Shown here piece after piece: positions 59,525-64,000 of a stretch of DNA of 64,000 nucleotides (position 1 is the stretch's first letter; each line of letters starts with the position of its first letter). The notes below the pieces were generated by a model. It worked only from the letters and a program-made list of their open reading frames with translations. It had not been told where the DNA came from and ran no database searches. Source of the stretch: Caldisericia bacterium (GTDB taxonomy: Bacteria; Caldisericota; Caldisericia; JAAYUI01); the NCBI GenBank assembly GCA_963674785.1, contig OY771555.1:640001-704000 (forward strand), read 5' to 3'. The position numbers and the translations under genes are program-made.

Positions 59525-60940
59525 ATGAAAGAGATTTTTGAAAAAACAAAAAAAATCGTACTTCCAATAGTTGTGGTTGCCGCCATTTTCTTGGTGGGAT
59601 ATCTTGCAAACAAAACTGAAATAGATAAGTTTTTCAAACCTATTGATCACTCAATTATCAGCGAACACAATGAATCTCCAGGTATCCCTTCGATAGATAT
59701 TGATGGAGAGGATATTTGTGTAGAGTGGGATGTTGTAAATGGTGACAACATAAGAAAAATGCGTGGGAAGATTGATAATGGAAATATTGAAAAATCATAT
59801 GAAGATGAGAATCCAATAGTTTCTCCACTTGTCAAAGAGAGGCGTTTTCAAGCCTCAGAGGTTTTTGATAAAGATGGAAACCCAAATATTGCCTGGTCTG
59901 GAATAGATATTATAGGTTTTTCAAGGTTTGATGGTGGTAAATGGGTAAACATTGAAAATGAAGAAACAGATATTTTAGATAAACATGTTGTAAGTTGGCA
60001 GCGTTCAAAAAATCCTTTGTTATTATTGGATGAAAAAGGAATTCCGCATATTCTTTGGGTTGGATATACGGACAATACACCCGGATGTAAATCAGACGTT
60101 ATGTACACAAAATGGAATGGAAAAAACTGGGTATCTGCAGATGGGGAGGTTTTTAATCCTGATAATAATTCAACTGTAAACATCAGTCTTGATGATGATT
60201 ATTGTTTGGTGAAAAAGTTTTTGCTTGATGAGAGAGGGTTTCCTGTAGTTATTTGGGGGCGTTTTGATAAACTAAACTTGATAAGATGGGATGGAGAAAA
60301 TTGGGTGACAATAGGCGGGACATGCTATATTCCAAATTCAGGAAATGCAGTTATAGCTGAGTCTAGTAGAAGCATACATTTGAAAAGAGCATTTTTTGAT
60401 AAGCACAACAAACTTTGCCTTTTTTGGAAAGAAAGTGATCATGAAACCCATAGTAATAATATTGTTTTTGTAAGATGGGATGGTCGAAAATGGGTGAATT
60501 CTGATGGTTCAGATTATGTTGATAGTGAGTCATACATCCTGAAAGATTCTGAACTTTTGCATGATGTTTGTGTAACTCTTAAATTGGATGATGATTCAAA
60601 CCCACACATCTTGATTGAGTCTGATTTAAAAAAATGGAACTGCACTTATTTGATATATATCAAGTATGATGGAAAAAACTGGGTTTCCGCAGATGGCAAT
60701 GAAATTGATATAAATACGGAAAACCCAGCGTTTATTTTTTCTGAGGATGATGATGTAGAATTTGATTTTGCGATTGATAAAAATGGAGTCCCGCATATTG
60801 TTTGGGGTTCGAATGTAATCCCTGAAGAAAGAAGATATCAGGAATCCTCGCATGCCATAAAATATGTCACTTGGAACGGCGAAGCCTGGGTTTGTGCCGA
60901 TGGCACACCGTATAAACCAAGCAAATATAAGGGGGAATAA
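59525..60940 (+). CDS. Repeat protein, array C member 2
   Basis: Same repeat; C-terminus WVCADGTPYKPSKYKGE is almost identical to member 1. Confidence 0.85.
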   Translation: MKEIFEKTKKIVLPIVVVAAIFLVGYLANKTEIDKFFKPIDHSIISEHNESPGIPSIDIDGEDICVEWDVVNGDNIRKMRGKIDNGNIEKSYEDENPIVSPLVKERRFQASEVFDKDGNPNIAWSGIDIIGFSRFDGGKWVNIENEETDILDKHVVSWQRSKNPLLLLDEKGIPHILWVGYTDNTPGCKSDVMYTKWNGKNWVSADGEVFNPDNNSTVNISLDDDYCLVKKFLLDERGFPVVIWGRFDKLNLIRWDGENWVTIGGTCYIPNSGNAVIAESSRSIHLKRAFFDKHNKLCLFWKESDHETHSNNIVFVRWDGRKWVNSDGSDYVDSESYILKDSELLHDVCVTLKLDDDSNPHILIESDLKKWNCTYLIYIKYDGKNWVSADGNEIDINTENPAFIFSEDDDVEFDFAIDKNGVPHIVWGSNVIPEERRYQESSHAIKYVTWNGEAWVCADGTPYKPSKYKGE

Positions 60941-62314
60941 ATGAAAAAAGGAAAAAAAGCTTTAATATCTATCACATTCAGTTTTTTTCTAATAAACATT
61001 CTGTTGGCTTTATATAGCTTCGGGATAATCAAGTTTGAAAGCCCTGTAAATGTGAGCAGGGATGAACTTCACTCATATTCTCCGGTGATGGTTTTGGATA
61101 AGAATGACAATCCTCATATTGTTTGGCGTTCTAGGGGTGATGATTTATTATTGTATTCTGGTGATCTTTTTTATGCGAAATGGGACGGATCAAGCTGGGT
61201 TAATGTGAAAGGTGAAAGAGGTGCTGGTTTCAGAATTGAAACGGAGATACCGAAATATGAACCCAAAGAAATATTTATTGATTCGAATGGAAACCCATTA
61301 ATTGTAACTGGTATAAGTGGATACGCAAATGCAGACTATCTGTGGTGGGATGGCTCAAGCTGGAAGAATCATATAAATGTGTATTCACATGGGTATTTTG
61401 AATTATTCACAGAAGATTATGCCAAAATAAAAGCACTTACTCTTGATAGTAACGATAATATCCATTTCTTGCTTGAAAAAAATAACAGGTTGGGATTGTT
61501 TCTGTTTGATGGAAAAAGCTTTAAAACAATTGATAGAAGTCAGATAGAATCGATAGATGCTCATTATTATATTAATGGGTGTTTTTCAACAATCAAAAGT
61601 TGCGATATAAAGCTTGATAATAAAGGACTCCCACACATATTGATAAATGAAAGAGATGAAAATCTCTACTACATAAGGTGGAACGGAAAAAGCTGGATAA
61701 CCGTCGACGGGAAAAAGTTTGAAAAAGACTCATCGAAGGCTTTAGTTACATGTGAATCAGGTGAAATTGATGCGGACATGAGGTTGGACGCAGATGATAA
61801 TCCACATATTCTTTTCAGTGTATATGAAGAAGATGATGTTGGTAACCAAGTTTTTGATCTGAATATACCAGTTTCTTACATTAGGTGGGATTGCAATAAC
61901 TGGGTTTACTTGGATGGAACAAGATATAATCAGGGCAACCTATCTTCGATTTTAGTTAAAGCTCTGTGGTCTGGAACAAGTTATTCATTTGATGTTGATG
62001 ATGAAAACCTTTCACATTTAGTGTGGAATCAACCTTTTGATCGTGAACAACTGAATCCTGATTTGTGTCACATCAGATGGGATGGAGAAGGTTGGATAAC
62101 AGAAAACAAAAAGAGACTTGATGAAACTAAATGTTTTGGTCGAATTGAGAAATCATTAAATAAGTCATTCAGTCCATTTGTTGTTTTGGATTCAAATGGT
62201 TACCCAAATATTGTTTGGTGTGATAAAATCCATAAAACAAACAAATATGATATTATGTTTGTCAGGTGGAATGGCGATGAATGGGTTGCTGCAAACGGAA
62301 AACGATATAGGTAA
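60941..62314 (+). CDS. Repeat protein, array C member 3
   Basis: Same repeat; P.NVSRD..SY.P.M.LD..DNPHI.W is shared with member 1. Confidence 0.85.
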   Translation: MKKGKKALISITFSFFLINILLALYSFGIIKFESPVNVSRDELHSYSPVMVLDKNDNPHIVWRSRGDDLLLYSGDLFYAKWDGSSWVNVKGERGAGFRIETEIPKYEPKEIFIDSNGNPLIVTGISGYANADYLWWDGSSWKNHINVYSHGYFELFTEDYAKIKALTLDSNDNIHFLLEKNNRLGLFLFDGKSFKTIDRSQIESIDAHYYINGCFSTIKSCDIKLDNKGLPHILINERDENLYYIRWNGKSWITVDGKKFEKDSSKALVTCESGEIDADMRLDADDNPHILFSVYEEDDVGNQVFDLNIPVSYIRWDCNNWVYLDGTRYNQGNLSSILVKALWSGTSYSFDVDDENLSHLVWNQPFDREQLNPDLCHIRWDGEGWITENKKRLDETKCFGRIEKSLNKSFSPFVVLDSNGYPNIVWCDKIHKTNKYDIMFVRWNGDEWVAANGKRYR

Positions 62315-62337
62315 GATACGAGAAAAATGGGAAATAA

Positions 62338-62799
62338 ATGAAATTCATCTGCTCATTAATTGTTGTTTCAGACATCAAAAAATCTCGACACCTATTCGAA
62401 GGGGTTTTGGGTCAAAAAGTCAAAGCTGACTTCGGAGAGAACATTACCTTTGAGGGAGATTTTGCGATTCACCAGAGAGACCACTTTGAAGGACTGATTG
62501 ATGGAAGATCTGTAACACCAAAATCAAACTCTTGTGAATTGTATTTTGAAGAGGACAACATCGAATGGGTAGTAGCAAAACTTGAAGCTGAAGGGCTGGA
62601 ATTTGTACACCCAATGCGAGAGCAACCCTGGAAGCAGAGGGTGGTAAGGTTTTATGATTATGATGGAAATATCATTGAGATTGGAGAGAGTTTGACATCA
62701 ACTGCCAGAAGGCTTCTTGCAGGTGGCAAGTCAGCAGAAGAGACAGCAAAGATTACATATCTTCCGATTGATGTTGTGAAGAAGCTGGAATTGCAGTAA
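62338..62799 (+). CDS. VOC/glyoxalase family protein
   Basis: LIVVSDIKKSR.LFE.VLG, ELYFEE, EQPWKQRVVRFYDYDGNIIEIGE. Confidence 0.92.
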   Translation: MKFICSLIVVSDIKKSRHLFEGVLGQKVKADFGENITFEGDFAIHQRDHFEGLIDGRSVTPKSNSCELYFEEDNIEWVVAKLEAEGLEFVHPMREQPWKQRVVRFYDYDGNIIEIGESLTSTARRLLAGGKSAEETAKITYLPIDVVKKLELQ

Positions 62800-62835
62800 A
62801 CATAAAGTAAGGGGTAATTCTAAGGAGATTTTGAA

Positions 62836-64000
62836 ATGAAGTGGAGTGCAAAAATGAAACACGCGAGAGTTATATCAATTATCGTATATTTGTTAATCAT
62901 GGTGGTTGCTGTGAACATGGGTTGTGGTGGAAAGCCTTCAGAACGGGAAACAGACTCGACTGCTGATATTTCAAAGTCAAATACTGAAACCAAGCCCACA
63001 AATGTTAATGGTTGGAAGGGTGCTTGTGATTTTGATTCAGAAAATGTACCTTCCAGCTTGTTTCACTCGGGAAGACATCAAGTAGGTGGCGGAGTTAATT
63101 CGCTGAAGATAGATAACCAAGGAAGAGCGAATATCTTGTATCATGATAATTACTCCAGGAAAATGTTCACTCTTATTGCTGATGGAAAAAGGTTTGAACT
63201 AAATGGGGACACACAGGATTGTTCTAACTATGACTTCCTGCAATTGCCAATTGGAAATAGTGATGAATATGAAATCAGAATGTGCATTGATAGTTTAGAT
63301 AGAAAGCATTTTTTGACTTGGGATGATGCTGGCATCTATTATTTTGTTTGGGATGATACAGGCTGGAAGACCATTGATGGTCTTGAGCTTGATTTAGAAA
63401 ATCTAGCTTGTGGTTTTCTCTTCCCAGCATTATATGAGAATCCCAGCTTTGAGGCATCCTTTGAATTAGACTCAAAAGATAATCCAAGTCTGGCGTTATT
63501 TGTGGGACATAATATTCATTATTATCACTGGGATGGTTTGAAATGGATTACATCAAATGGAAGCAAATATGACCATAAAACAAACGATGGGTTGATATAT
63601 ACATCAACCTCTGTAATTAGCCAATTGGAGTTGCTTTTTGATGTTGATGATACACCTCATATTGTTTGGATGGAAAAAAAAGAGTATTGTGATCCGATAT
63701 GTATCAAAACAATGATTTTTTCTGACAGTAAGTGGCTGAATATAACATCCCCTCTTGGAATCGATTATGATGCTGTTGTTGATCTGAGAGGTAAACATTT
63801 ATTCATAAACATCTATGATTTCTATACTGTTATTGATGAGAAAGATGTTTTTCATCTGGCATGGGAATACCGTGACACAGACGATTCTCTGTGGGTCTTT
63901 TGTTATATGAAAAATGATAATGTTGCCCGAAATACTGGATGGAGAAACATTAATGGTGAGATGGTAGAGAAAGCACAGGACACAAATACTCCTGTTTCAA
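62836..64000 (+). CDS. Lipoprotein related to array C repeat proteins, 3'-truncated by window edge (missing from ORF track)
   Basis: AAGGAG RBS, ATG 62836/62854, lipobox NMG-C; manual translation is open to the end with LDSKDNPSL..YYHWDGLKW and FDVDDTPHIVW repeats. Confidence 0.8.
   Translation, partial: MKWSAKMKHARVISIIVYLLIMVVAVNMGCGGKPSERETDSTADISKSNTETKPTNVNGWKGACDFDSENVPSSLFHSGRHQVGGGVNSLKIDNQGRANILYHDNYSRKMFTLIADGKRFELNGDTQDCSNYDFLQLPIGNSDEYEIRMCIDSLDRKHFLTWDDAGIYYFVWDDTGWKTIDGLELDLENLACGFLFPALYENPSFEASFELDSKDNPSLALFVGHNIHYYHWDGLKWITSNGSKYDHKTNDGLIYTSTSVISQLELLFDVDDTPHIVWMEKKEYCDPICIKTMIFSDSKWLNITSPLGIDYDAVVDLRGKHLFINIYDFYTVIDEKDVFHLAWEYRDTDDSLWVFCYMKNDNVARNTGWRNINGEMVEKAQDTNTPVS

Noticed and set aside
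1-64000. Diversity-generating retroelement or prophage explaining the variable arrays
   Set aside because: No reverse transcriptase, no adenine-specific TR/VR pair, and no integrase or phage genes were seen.

Overview
AT-rich bacterial chromosome segment spanning the replication-origin region. It contains dnaA, three separate DnaA-box clusters, hisS, ssrA (tmRNA), parA/parB, recO and tRNA-Leu(CAA). The surface-protein repertoire (stalk/Cu-amine-oxidase-N, PEGA, PQQ-type propellers) is suggestive of Caldisericota or a similar lineage, which is inference only. Two paralogous giant secreted proteins (~3.1 kaa each) have extreme codon bias, a consensus sigma-54 promoter, a long structured leader and a strong terminator; one sits divergently from dnaA where rpmH normally lies. 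Three tandem arrays of highly divergent surface/lipoproteins have conserved junctions. A recurrent unexplained pattern is that accessory genes are flanked by a second, allele-divergent copy of the terminal fragment of a neighbouring gene (fpg/nei 3' end twice, 3' end of a 100-aa gene, 5' end of a VOC gene), and tRNA-Leu is followed by three decaying copies of its own 3' half. No integrase, transposase or reverse transcriptase is present in the window.
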